Shown: positions 19,276 to 27,312, numbered from the stretch's first letter. The stretch: DNA of 32,983 nt from Deltaproteobacteria bacterium (GCA_030596405.1 JAUVKB010000002.1:1-32983); one strand, 5' to 3'. The notes: generated by a model from the sequence alone, not told the origin. Numbers and translations: made by a program.

Positions 19276-19308
19276 AGGGTCTGAACCAGAGGATAGATTA
19301 CAAATAAT

Positions 19309-20217
19309 ATGAAATACACATACAACTATTTGGTTGTATTTTTTATCATTATAGCGCTTTCTTCCACGCTCAAAGCCCAGCCGGTTACCAGAACGGTAAC
19401 GGATCAGATGGGACGAAAGGTCACCCTTTTAAACAACCCCCGGCGTTTGGTTGCGCTGGCTCCAAGCATCACGGAAGTCATCTTTGCCCTGAAACAGGAA
19501 GACCGCTTAAAAGGCGTGACCCGGTTTAGCGATTTCCCTGCCCAGGCCGCAAATCTTCCCAAAGTAGGTTCATATGTCCATCTTGATCTGGAAAAAATAG
19601 TTGCGCTAAAACCCGACCTTTGTATCGCAATAAAGGACGGAAACCCAAAGGAGGTCATTGACCGTCTGGAGTCTTTAAACATACCTGTCTATGCGGTGGA
19701 TCCGAGAAATTTAGAGGCCGTGATGGAAACGATGCTTGAAATCGGAGGCCTGCTGAATGCTGATAAAAAGGCAAATTTTTTGGTTCAAGGGATGCGCAGC
19801 CGTGTACAACTGGTGCAATCTCTGGTCGCAAAAGCAGACCATCGGCCCCGGGTTTTTTTTCAGATAGGAATCTCCCCTATTGTTTCCGTTGGAACACAAA
19901 CCTTTATTCACGAATTGATTGTGCTTGCGGGAGGGCAAAATATTTTAGAAAGCAAAACGCCCTATCCGCGACTTTCCAAAGAACAGGTCATAGCTCTTTC
20001 CCCTGAAATTATTATCATAACTTCTATGGCAAGGGGCGAAATCTTTGAACATGTAAAAAAACAATGGCAGAGCTGGCCCACTTTACCTGCAGCACGAAAC
20101 CAACGCATCTTTCTTGTTGATTCCAATCTGTTCGACCGCCCCACGCCCCGTATCGTGGACGGCCTCGAACTTCTCGGACGCCTTATTCATCCCGAGATTT
20201 TTAAGGAGGCTGAGTGA
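19309..20217 (+). CDS. Periplasmic substrate-binding protein of a BtuF/FhuD-class (Peripla_BP_2) ABC importer (cobalamin or iron-chelate)
   Basis: Signal peptide, then PRRLVALAPSITEVIFALKQEDRLKGVTRFSDFP...LPKVGSYVHLDLEKIVALKPDLCIA, a pattern typical of BtuF-like binding proteins. Substrate cannot be assigned by eye. Confidence 0.85.
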   Translation: MKYTYNYLVVFFIIIALSSTLKAQPVTRTVTDQMGRKVTLLNNPRRLVALAPSITEVIFALKQEDRLKGVTRFSDFPAQAANLPKVGSYVHLDLEKIVALKPDLCIAIKDGNPKEVIDRLESLNIPVYAVDPRNLEAVMETMLEIGGLLNADKKANFLVQGMRSRVQLVQSLVAKADHRPRVFFQIGISPIVSVGTQTFIHELIVLAGGQNILESKTPYPRLSKEQVIALSPEIIIITSMARGEIFEHVKKQWQSWPTLPAARNQRIFLVDSNLFDRPTPRIVDGLELLGRLIHPEIFKEAE

Positions 20218-21224
20218 ATCTTAAAACTTCGTTTATTCTAAAACGATTGCTGGCTGTTTCATCTTTTATGCTGCTTCTGCTTCTTGTGTCCATGTTTCTG
20301 GGACTTTCCATGGGATCAGCCGGAAACAACTTAAAGGCTGTGTGGCAATCTGTTTTCGGAGCAGGCAGGGCGGAATCCATTATAGATACCATTATCTGGC
20401 AGATACGTTTTCCCCGGGTAATTCTTGCAACTCTGGTAGGGGCGACTCTCTCTTTAGGAGGCCTTGTCTTTCAAGCGCTGCTTCGAAACCCTCTGGCTGA
20501 ACCTTATATCCTGGGCATCTCGGGAGGAGCTGCCGTCGGCGCCATCATCGGCATACTGATGAAGCTTTCACGTTTTCCCGGTGTAACCATGACCGCCTTT
20601 GCCGGAAGTATGGCCACTCTTTTCCTGATTCTTGTCATAGCGTCGGACCAAGCTGTTCTGAAAAAGGATTCACTCCTCTTGTCCGGTGTTATGGTTAATG
20701 CATTCTGTTCGGCAATAATCATGTTTCTTGTTTCTCTGGCACAGGATTCCAGTCTCCACAACATCATTTTCTGGCTCATGGGAGATCTTTCCATGACCGA
20801 TATCAAACAGGTCTCTATGCTTGCCGCGACACTTATTCCATGTTATGTCTTAATTTTCTGGTTTTCCCACAAAATGAATCTGCTTCTTATGGGAAAAGAG
20901 ATGGCTCAAACCATGGGGGTTAATGTAAAATACGTTACCTTAATCCTGCTTGTCGTTACTTCATTTATGGTGAGCGCTACAGTGTCTCATTGCGGTCTTC
21001 TGGGTTTTGTGGGGCTGGTTATGCCTCATCTTTTGCGGCTTATTTTCGGTCCGGATCACAGGGTTCTTGTTCCGGCATGTTTGATAGGAGGAGGCGCCTA
21101 TATGGTTTTATGCGACCTGCTGGCAAGAGTCCTTCCAAAAGAGGGAGAGATGCCTGCCGGCGTCATTACCGCCATGATTGGAGCCCCTCTTTTTATTATC
21201 CTCTTGAGAAGATCCGGCCGATGA
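20214..21224 (+). CDS. FecCD/BtuC-family ABC permease
   Basis: 336 aa, ~9-10 TM segments, with motifs RFPRVILATLVGATLSLGGLVFQALLRNPLAEPYILGISGGA and GAPLFIILLRR. The GTG start overlaps the upstream stop (GTGA); AAGGAGG lies upstream. Confidence 0.9.
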   Translation: MNLKTSFILKRLLAVSSFMLLLLLVSMFLGLSMGSAGNNLKAVWQSVFGAGRAESIIDTIIWQIRFPRVILATLVGATLSLGGLVFQALLRNPLAEPYILGISGGAAVGAIIGILMKLSRFPGVTMTAFAGSMATLFLILVIASDQAVLKKDSLLLSGVMVNAFCSAIIMFLVSLAQDSSLHNIIFWLMGDLSMTDIKQVSMLAATLIPCYVLIFWFSHKMNLLLMGKEMAQTMGVNVKYVTLILLVVTSFMVSATVSHCGLLGFVGLVMPHLLRLIFGPDHRVLVPACLIGGGAYMVLCDLLARVLPKEGEMPAGVITAMIGAPLFIILLRRSGR

Positions 21225-22075
21225 CAACAGCAATCGATGTAACAAATCTGAGCTATTCTTACGGGGCTTCCAAAGTTTTGAAGGATATCTCCTTTTCTGT
21301 TCAAAAAGGCGATTTTTTTATCATAATAGGTCCCAATGGTTCAGGGAAAACAACACTGATGAAGGTTATTGCCGGAATAGCAAAACCTGAAAACGGCCGG
21401 CTGAACGTCATGGGGCTCCCTCTTATGAACTATGCCCGGAAAACCCTGGCAAGAACCGTCTCTTTTGTCCCCCAGATGATCCCGATCGAATTTCCTTTTA
21501 CCGTAACGGAAATGGTCATGATGGGACGTGCGCCTCATATGGGTTTGCTTGGACTGGAACAGGAAAAAGATCTTGATATCACACACCGGTCTATAGATTT
21601 TACCGGCATAAAACATCTGGCAGACCGCAAACTAAATCAGCTTAGCGGTGGAGAACGGCAAAGAGTCTTTATCGCCAGGGCTATCTGCCAGGAACCACAG
21701 ATCATACTTCTTGATGAACCCACGGCTTCTCTGGATCTTGCCCATCAGGTCCGCGTAATGGATTTGATGGAAAAATTAAAGGAGGAAAAGGGGATAACCA
21801 TTATTATGGTCTCCCATGACGTAAATCTTGCCGCTATGTACGGCAATAGTCTGCTCATGCTCAAGGCAGGGCAAATCGTAAGCATGGGGCAGGTTAATGA
21901 GGTTCTCACGTTCAAAACGCTGGAAAATGCTTATGGCTGCCCATTGTTGATTGACGAAAACCCGCTTGGAAAGTTTCCCCGCATCACGCTTGTACCGCAA
22001 AAATTTATGAGTCCGGATATACGCGCCGGAAAATCGGGGAATAAAAAAAGTATATCAAGAACAATATCAAAATAA
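21221..22075 (+). CDS. ABC transporter ATP-binding protein (BtuD/FepC-like)
   Basis: The true start is ATG 21221, overlapping the permease stop (ATGA): MTTAIDVTNLSYSY... Walker A GPNGSGKTT, signature LSGGERQR, Walker B ILLDEPTASLD. The track ORF from 20990 is an out-of-context N-terminal extension. Confidence 0.9.
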   Translation: MTTAIDVTNLSYSYGASKVLKDISFSVQKGDFFIIIGPNGSGKTTLMKVIAGIAKPENGRLNVMGLPLMNYARKTLARTVSFVPQMIPIEFPFTVTEMVMMGRAPHMGLLGLEQEKDLDITHRSIDFTGIKHLADRKLNQLSGGERQRVFIARAICQEPQIILLDEPTASLDLAHQVRVMDLMEKLKEEKGITIIMVSHDVNLAAMYGNSLLMLKAGQIVSMGQVNEVLTFKTLENAYGCPLLIDENPLGKFPRITLVPQKFMSPDIRAGKSGNKKSISRTISK

Positions 22076-23194
22076 TTCGAGATCTTCCATCTTTTTTTCA
22101 TCACCAATAAAGGGTCTTAATCCTATTTTTAGCATATCATATCCCGTTACCGTACGGATATCCGTTCCAACGCCTGTTGTTACAGTCACATCAACAGGAC
22201 CTGTCAGAGGATTTCGGTTAAGCATCACTATGGCGATAATAACATCTGCGCCCAGCCTGATCTTGCCTACAAACCATATATTATCATCGCCAAGGCTAAA
22301 AGAGACTCTGGAGCTGGGAGTAAAAAAGGTGTCTTTTCCTGTGATAGATATGGCGTGACGGGTCGGTATCCATCTGCTCCCGAGTATTGCTCTGGGAGAA
22401 ATCGCGTTGATAATACCCTCATTTGCAATAGAACCTGAATTGACCGTTATTTCGGCTGTATCGCTGACGCTGTTTGCGGTATCGGTTACCCTTATAATAT
22501 CGGTTGCCTGATAACCTGTGGTGTTTGTCCCTGCGGTGTACAGTCCGTTTGCTGTTATTACACTCCCTATGCCGGTTGTTTCCATTTCAAAGCTGTAAAC
22601 CGGACTCTGGCCGCAATCCCCGGCGCTTGAAGCACTAAAATTAATGCTTTCTCCTGAATCGGCCGAGGTTTCTTTAGGGCTGACAGTTACCTTGCACGAT
22701 GTAAAACTGAACTCTCCGTCAACGGCGGTTGTCTCAAGTGTATAATTGTCTTCATCAACAAGCGTTACGTTTTCCAGTTTCAAACTTCTGGTTTCGGAAA
22801 GGGGAGCGTCTTCTTTTACATCAAAGGCAACGATAAGCACCGGCCCGCTCCCCTTTGCAATCAGGCTTAGAGACATGGAAAAAGCAAGCATTCTGGCGCA
22901 CCCGTTTTCAAGTTCGCTATAATCGCAGGAAAAACCCTCGGTGCGGGAAGTGTTTCTAACGCCTGTCACGACAAGATAATCATCCGTGTCGCAGATATCC
23001 AGCTGCAGTGCCATTACAGCGTCATCAGGATTATCAAGACTTATTATCACCTCATTCCCGGAAGAACCGGCAGCGCCGGCGCCGGCTTCGATGGCAAGTG
23101 TCACCTGAGACTGCGCTTTGGGACAGGTTGTTAAAATAATAGAAAAAATTATGCTTGCCAGAACAAATATTTTAGTAGCTGATACATTTTTCAT
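22067..23194 (-). CDS. Secreted (possibly lipid-anchored) protein: divergent cohesin-like module + Ig-like (Big_2-like) domain + IPT/TIG-like C-terminal domain
   Basis: The N-terminus MKNVSATKIFVLASIIFSIILTTCPKAQ has a signal peptide and a borderline lipobox, LTTC. The cohesin-like segment is VTLAIEAGAG...VMALQLDICD...GCARMLAFS...GSGPVLIVAFDV. The C-terminal domain ends VDVTVTTGVG, as in the 280-aa paralog. Confidence 0.7.
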   Translation of the reverse strand: MKNVSATKIFVLASIIFSIILTTCPKAQSQVTLAIEAGAGAAGSSGNEVIISLDNPDDAVMALQLDICDTDDYLVVTGVRNTSRTEGFSCDYSELENGCARMLAFSMSLSLIAKGSGPVLIVAFDVKEDAPLSETRSLKLENVTLVDEDNYTLETTAVDGEFSFTSCKVTVSPKETSADSGESINFSASSAGDCGQSPVYSFEMETTGIGSVITANGLYTAGTNTTGYQATDIIRVTDTANSVSDTAEITVNSGSIANEGIINAISPRAILGSRWIPTRHAISITGKDTFFTPSSRVSFSLGDDNIWFVGKIRLGADVIIAIVMLNRNPLTGPVDVTVTTGVGTDIRTVTGYDMLKIGLRPFIGDEKKMEDLELF

Positions 23195-23212
23195 TTTACA
23201 AAACCCTTTGTT

Positions 23213-23264
23213 TTTTAAAAATGAAAAGCAAGCGGACTAGAGGTTGAATTTCATCCGCTTGCTT
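23213..23264 (-). terminator. Terminator-like hairpin between the 154-aa cohesin gene and the 375-aa gene
   Basis: Arms AAGCAAGCGGA (23226-23236) and TCCGCTTGCTT (23254-23264) around a 17-nt loop. On the minus strand the hairpin is followed by TTTTCATTTTTAAAAAA. Confidence 0.45.
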
Positions 23265-23343
23265 GTTTATGGAATACATCTCATCTTAAAACCGTGTTCT
23301 TAAAAGCAGTGCGCGGCTTTAAGGGAAGGGTCTTTAAGAAATT

Positions 23344-23808
23344 TTACAGGCTTGTTCCCTTAACTGTTACATTGACCGGCTTATTGTTGATATCGGCCAC
23401 ATTTACATCCGTCAGGGTCAAATCAGCCTTTTTTGCCCGAACTCCCGGCGCAGTCTTGTAGGCAATCTTTAATATCGGCCCGATGCCCGGGGATATGGCT
23501 TTTCCGTCAAGGGAGACTAAAATCACCTTTACCCCTTTGTCGCCCAAATCATTAAACTGGGCAAGAAACCCCTTGGAGCGGACGGTCGTCATCAACCTTT
23601 GTGCGGTTGCAATATCAGGCATATCTTTTAATATGAACTCGACTCCCAGAACCGGAACATCATTTTTCATCTTGACGGCAACCTTGTCTCCAAGATTTAC
23701 CAGTTTTAAAGTCGCAACACCTGCGGTGGCGGAAAATGCAAATACAATCGTCATGGCAAAAACCAGCGCCGTTGCCGCGATATATTTTATGTGTCTTGTA
23801 CTTTTCAT
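23344..23808 (-). CDS. Small secreted single-module cohesin-like protein (divergent class)
   Basis: The preferred start is ATG 23808 (MKSTRHIKY...), because AAGGAG sits 8 nt upstream. The track start at 23826 would place that RBS inside the ORF. Signal peptide ...FAFSATAG, then one beta-sandwich-like module with VPVLGVEFIL...GVKVILVSL...GIGPILKIAYK. Confidence 0.7.
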   Translation of the reverse strand: MKSTRHIKYIAATALVFAMTIVFAFSATAGVATLKLVNLGDKVAVKMKNDVPVLGVEFILKDMPDIATAQRLMTTVRSKGFLAQFNDLGDKGVKVILVSLDGKAISPGIGPILKIAYKTAPGVRAKKADLTLTDVNVADINNKPVNVTVKGTSL

Positions 23809-23851
23809 GTCATAAACTCCTTTCATCTATATCCTGAAAATATTTTTAATT

Positions 23852-25363
23852 TTAATAATGATTAAGACAATTGTCGCGCCCGAGAATTTCCTGCACAATT
23901 GCCATAACATCGGAAATGTTTATTTCTGCATCAGGTGCAGCGCAGCCGCCGGCCTGGGTTCCGGTGGGGACATCGCCGGCCGTAAACTCACAGTCATTAG
24001 GCGTATAATCTGCCAAAATAATTTGAATGTCACGCACTACATCAAAGATGTTTATCAGGCCGTCTCCCACGGTTAAACCATCTATCGACAGTGGGTAGAC
24101 ATCTCCGAACAAACCGAGAAAAAATATGCCCGGATCTTCTCCGGCAGTCAAAGGAAGGTCGTCCGGATCGGTAATAAGCAGATTGCCGGAACTAAGTCCT
24201 ACGCATGACTGTGTTGCGGCTGCATCAACATCATAGTTAAGGGTAAAAATAGGCCCGTCGCCGGCAGCAATAACAGCTCCGGATTGAGCAAATAATATAA
24301 TCCTTGCACAACCGGCCACAGGATAGTCATCCTGCAAATCGACCGTATAGCCTGCTGTCCGGTCTGTCAGTGTAACCAAAGGCAGACTCAGCACATCCTG
24401 GCCATTGGTGATATCCACCTGAATACCGCCGACCGCAACCTCATTTGTAAGACAGACTTCTACTTTTTTACCCGTATCTCCGGGCATACCGGCTCCGTTT
24501 TTAATATCAAAGAGTAATCCAGCACATGACCGAACATCCTGATCACAATTATTAGCTTCATTGCTTTCTTCAATCATGCCGCCAAAGTCCGCGCATACTA
24601 TAATGGTATCCATTGCATCTGAACAGGTGATATCTGCAAAAGTCTGTATGTGGGAAGCGCCCGGATCAAGCGCAGGGCATCCTTGAGTTGCTGCAGGCGT
24701 TCCGTCAATGGTAAGAGATGTTATACTTGCAGGTGCCAGGACATCTCCATTATTTGTTACCGTGCAGACTACACTGTAAGTAGGGTCGGTAGTTTCTTCA
24801 TGCATCTCGCTTATAACAAGATCCGGCGCGGGAGGCGGTCCTGATCCGGTTATTACAACATCACCGCTGGTTACAGTTGACGGCACTTCAGTGCCGGTCA
24901 AGTCGCCCACTATGACATCCGACAGGTCAAGTGGACTGGTGCCCGAGGCTTCGGCCGTGAAGGTAAGGGTAGCAAAGATTCCTTGACCTGAAACCTCACA
25001 CCCTGCTCCGAGTACAACCCCTGCAAGGCCATCGATAAATCCCTGGTCCTGATAAAGTCCGCCCATGATTGAAACAAAAGTGCCGCATCCGGGAGGATCC
25101 TGGCTAAGCAGGTCACCCTCTGTCCAGCCGTCAAATTCCAGAAGATCCGGATTCCAGTTAATGTCAAACTGGACACCTGCAATCGGTGTATCCGGCGTGA
25201 CAACGATATCAACGGTAAAGGTATCTCCCGGATCCACGGTCTGGGTGGAAGGCGTGAGCACCATCGTTGTAGCAGCCGGCGCCGACGATACAAAAAACAT
25301 ACTCAGCAAAGATACGGCAAAAACCGTGAGTATAATTTTTGAAAGACTTCTTGTTTTTTTCAT
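23852..25363 (-). CDS. Scaffoldin-like secreted protein: cohesin (class 1) - CARDB - cohesin-like (class 2) - divergent dockerin-like C-terminus
   Basis: Signal peptide. Cohesin 1: DPGDTFTVDIVVTPDTPIAGVQFDINWNPDLLEF...GIFATLTFTAEASGTSPLDLSDVIVGD. CARDB: PDLVISEM...VCTVTNNGDV...LDPGASH...IEESNEANN. Cohesin 2: GKKVEVCLTNEVAVGGIQVDI...GCARIILFA...GDGPIFTLNYDV. The C-terminus has two segments, GDGLINIFDVVRDIQIIL and PDAEINISDVMAIVQEIL. Start ATG 25363 is favoured over 25369 by AGGAGA spacing and by alignment with the paralog. Confidence 0.8.
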   Translation of the reverse strand: MKKTRSLSKIILTVFAVSLLSMFFVSSAPAATTMVLTPSTQTVDPGDTFTVDIVVTPDTPIAGVQFDINWNPDLLEFDGWTEGDLLSQDPPGCGTFVSIMGGLYQDQGFIDGLAGVVLGAGCEVSGQGIFATLTFTAEASGTSPLDLSDVIVGDLTGTEVPSTVTSGDVVITGSGPPPAPDLVISEMHEETTDPTYSVVCTVTNNGDVLAPASITSLTIDGTPAATQGCPALDPGASHIQTFADITCSDAMDTIIVCADFGGMIEESNEANNCDQDVRSCAGLLFDIKNGAGMPGDTGKKVEVCLTNEVAVGGIQVDITNGQDVLSLPLVTLTDRTAGYTVDLQDDYPVAGCARIILFAQSGAVIAAGDGPIFTLNYDVDAAATQSCVGLSSGNLLITDPDDLPLTAGEDPGIFFLGLFGDVYPLSIDGLTVGDGLINIFDVVRDIQIILADYTPNDCEFTAGDVPTGTQAGGCAAPDAEINISDVMAIVQEILGRDNCLNHY

Positions 25364-25380
25364 TTTCATTTTCTCCTAAT
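24846..25380. repeat. Copy 1 of a ~535-bp direct repeat (RBS + signal peptide + class-1 cohesin module)
   Basis: Hand alignment with 26778-27312 gives no indels and about 37 mismatches (roughly 93% identity). Similarity stops abruptly at the module boundary (VVITG|). Confidence 0.85.
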
Positions 25381-25477
25381 GTTGAATTTTTTCCTGGGGA
25401 ATTTAATCTCACCCAGTATAGTTTTTAAACAGCTTGTCCAGGCCAATAAGAAAGAGAAGATAATTAGATTCTAATTT

Positions 25478-27295
25478 TTATTGCCCTGCCAAAATAAAAC
25501 TTCCATCCTGTAATACATACACAGTCCCGCCGGATACAGACACTTCATAGATTGGCCGGAATCTGGACTGATTATACCCTTTGTCCCAGATCAATCGGAT
25601 TTTCCAGTCTTCAATCGGTTCAACCGGTTCAACGGGTAACGGTTTAATCTCTCCATGTTTAATCTCGATTGCCTTTTTTGCAAAACCCAAAGCATTTTGA
25701 GCAATTTTCAGCGCCTCTTCTTCAGCCAGATATTTTTGGTCTTCCAGACTCCAAGATGCCTGGCGGAATGTCCCGGTTTCACCTTTCACCATCAGTGCCA
25801 CGGAAGCGGTATTTTCTACCTTTGACTGACTGAAAAGTATCAGGTCATAGTCCTCCCCGGACTCCAGATCAATCACGTTCATGGCTCCACTGAGTCTGCT
25901 CTGGGAATAGATATTTATAAAATCAGGAGAAGTATAAAGCTCAACTGGGATAACCTTATCCCAGTTTACCTCTTTGAACACTTCTTCAATCTCTTTTGGT
26001 TCAATATCTATTTTGGACTTGGAAACTCTGGACATGGCAACAAAACCAGAAGAAACATCCAGATCTTTTTTTGCATCCAGAGCGCTTGCAAGTTCTTGAT
26101 CCGGCTTGCTTTCCACGTAGGTGATATTAATGGAATCCAGCGCGGCATCCAGTTCATCCATGTCAACATCCTGAGGCGGTTCTGCCACATAGCACCAACT
26201 ACCTTCAGTGGCTTGATATATATTCCTGAACTCGTCACCGGTCTGGTAAACGTTATATCCCATTCCCGTTGCCTTTGGATCATTAAGCCATGCCCCATAA
26301 AACTCTAAATCAGACGGCATTTGCCAGTCAACCCACGGGTCCTTGTTGCTTACAAAACCCCGCACCGTTTTCCAGTTATTGCTATAGGAACCGTCGGTGG
26401 GCACATGGGCCGGGGCGTTGGTCTCAGCCACATCCGGCACTTCATAGTCTATCCAGTATATCATCCGCTTGATGGCATGATCCTGGTCAGAATCCGAAAA
26501 ACCGATAAAATTATATCTTGCGGTATCAGGATTCTGGTTGGTCTGATCAGTCAGCATCCAGGCCAAATCACTTTCGTTCATGTCCTCTCCTGGAGTGCCG
26601 GTATGATATGTATTGTACAAATCAACCTGACCCGGCCAACTATAAGAGTCGTCAAAGAACCTCAGGGCTTGCAGACCAGAGGCTGCACCGGTGCAATAAA
26701 GTTCTTGCGCCTGTTCCTGTGGGAAATAGTCATTACCTTGATCATCGATCCCCAGATGATTTATGTAAATCGATGTGCCGGTTATTACAACATCACCGCT
26801 GGTTACAGTTGACGGCACTTCAGTGCCGGTCAAGTCGCCTACTATGACATCAGAAAGAACAAGAGGACTGATGCCCGCGGCTTCGGCCGTAAAGGTAAGG
26901 GTTACATATATTCCGGGGCCTGAAACCTCACACCCTGATCCGAGTACAACCCCTGCAAGGCCATCGATAAATCCCTGTTCCTGATAAAGTCCGCCCATGA
27001 TTGCAACAAAGGTGCCGCATCCGGGAGGATCCTGATTAAGCAGGTCACCCTCTGTCCAGCCGTCAAATTCCAGAAGATCGGGATTCCAGTTAATGTCAAA
27101 CTGGACACCTGCAATCGCTCTATCCGGCGTGACAACGATATCGACGGTAAAGGTATCTCCCGGATCCACGGTCTGGGTGGAAGGCGTGAGCACCATCGTT
27201 GTAGCAGCCGGCGCCGGCGATACAAAAGGCATACTCAGCAAAAACACTGCAAAAACTGCGAGTATGATTTTTGAAAAACTTCTTGTTTTTTTCAT
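25478..27295 (-). CDS. Secreted protein: class-1 cohesin fused to a ~430-aa uncharacterised region (possible clan-CA peptidase-like core and PepSY-like tail)
   Basis: The N-terminal 172 aa are near-identical to the 503/505-aa scaffoldin-like protein. After VVITG the sequence becomes unrelated: ...QEQAQELYCTGAASGLQALRFF...APAHVPTDGSYSNNWKTVRGF..., ending ...ALKIAQNALGFAKKAIE...IYEVSVSGGTVYVLQDGSFI. Confidence 0.75.
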   Translation of the reverse strand: MKKTRSFSKIILAVFAVFLLSMPFVSPAPAATTMVLTPSTQTVDPGDTFTVDIVVTPDRAIAGVQFDINWNPDLLEFDGWTEGDLLNQDPPGCGTFVAIMGGLYQEQGFIDGLAGVVLGSGCEVSGPGIYVTLTFTAEAAGISPLVLSDVIVGDLTGTEVPSTVTSGDVVITGTSIYINHLGIDDQGNDYFPQEQAQELYCTGAASGLQALRFFDDSYSWPGQVDLYNTYHTGTPGEDMNESDLAWMLTDQTNQNPDTARYNFIGFSDSDQDHAIKRMIYWIDYEVPDVAETNAPAHVPTDGSYSNNWKTVRGFVSNKDPWVDWQMPSDLEFYGAWLNDPKATGMGYNVYQTGDEFRNIYQATEGSWCYVAEPPQDVDMDELDAALDSINITYVESKPDQELASALDAKKDLDVSSGFVAMSRVSKSKIDIEPKEIEEVFKEVNWDKVIPVELYTSPDFINIYSQSRLSGAMNVIDLESGEDYDLILFSQSKVENTASVALMVKGETGTFRQASWSLEDQKYLAEEEALKIAQNALGFAKKAIEIKHGEIKPLPVEPVEPIEDWKIRLIWDKGYNQSRFRPIYEVSVSGGTVYVLQDGSFILAGQ

Positions 27296-27312
27296 TTTAA
27301 TTTTCTCCTAAT
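26778..27312. repeat. Copy 2 of the ~535-bp direct repeat (RBS + signal peptide + class-1 cohesin module)
   Basis: See copy 1. Same orientation, with copy starts 1932 bp apart. The repeat includes the TTTTCTCCTAAT (AGGAGA RBS) upstream segment. Confidence 0.85.

Noticed and set aside
19258-19308. Cobalamin riboswitch upstream of the BtuF-like gene
   Set aside because: The intergenic space is only 51 nt, and none of the plus-strand gaps from 17370 to 19308 exceeds about 51 nt. That is far too short for a ~200-nt B12 riboswitch, and I saw no B12-box-like sequence.
20990-21220. N-terminal 77-aa extension of the ABC ATPase ORF in the track
   Set aside because: It overlaps the permease gene in another frame and is Arg/Ser/Gly-rich junk. 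The canonical ATGA start/stop overlap at 21221 gives a normal MTTAIDVTNLSYSY ABC N-terminus.
23483-27311. Plus-strand track ORFs inside the cluster (for example 23483-23815, 25065-25379, 26321-26812, 26518-26847 and 27093-27311)
   Set aside because: They are antisense to well-supported minus-strand genes. Several are simply mirror images of the duplicated cohesin module, with no RBS or motifs.
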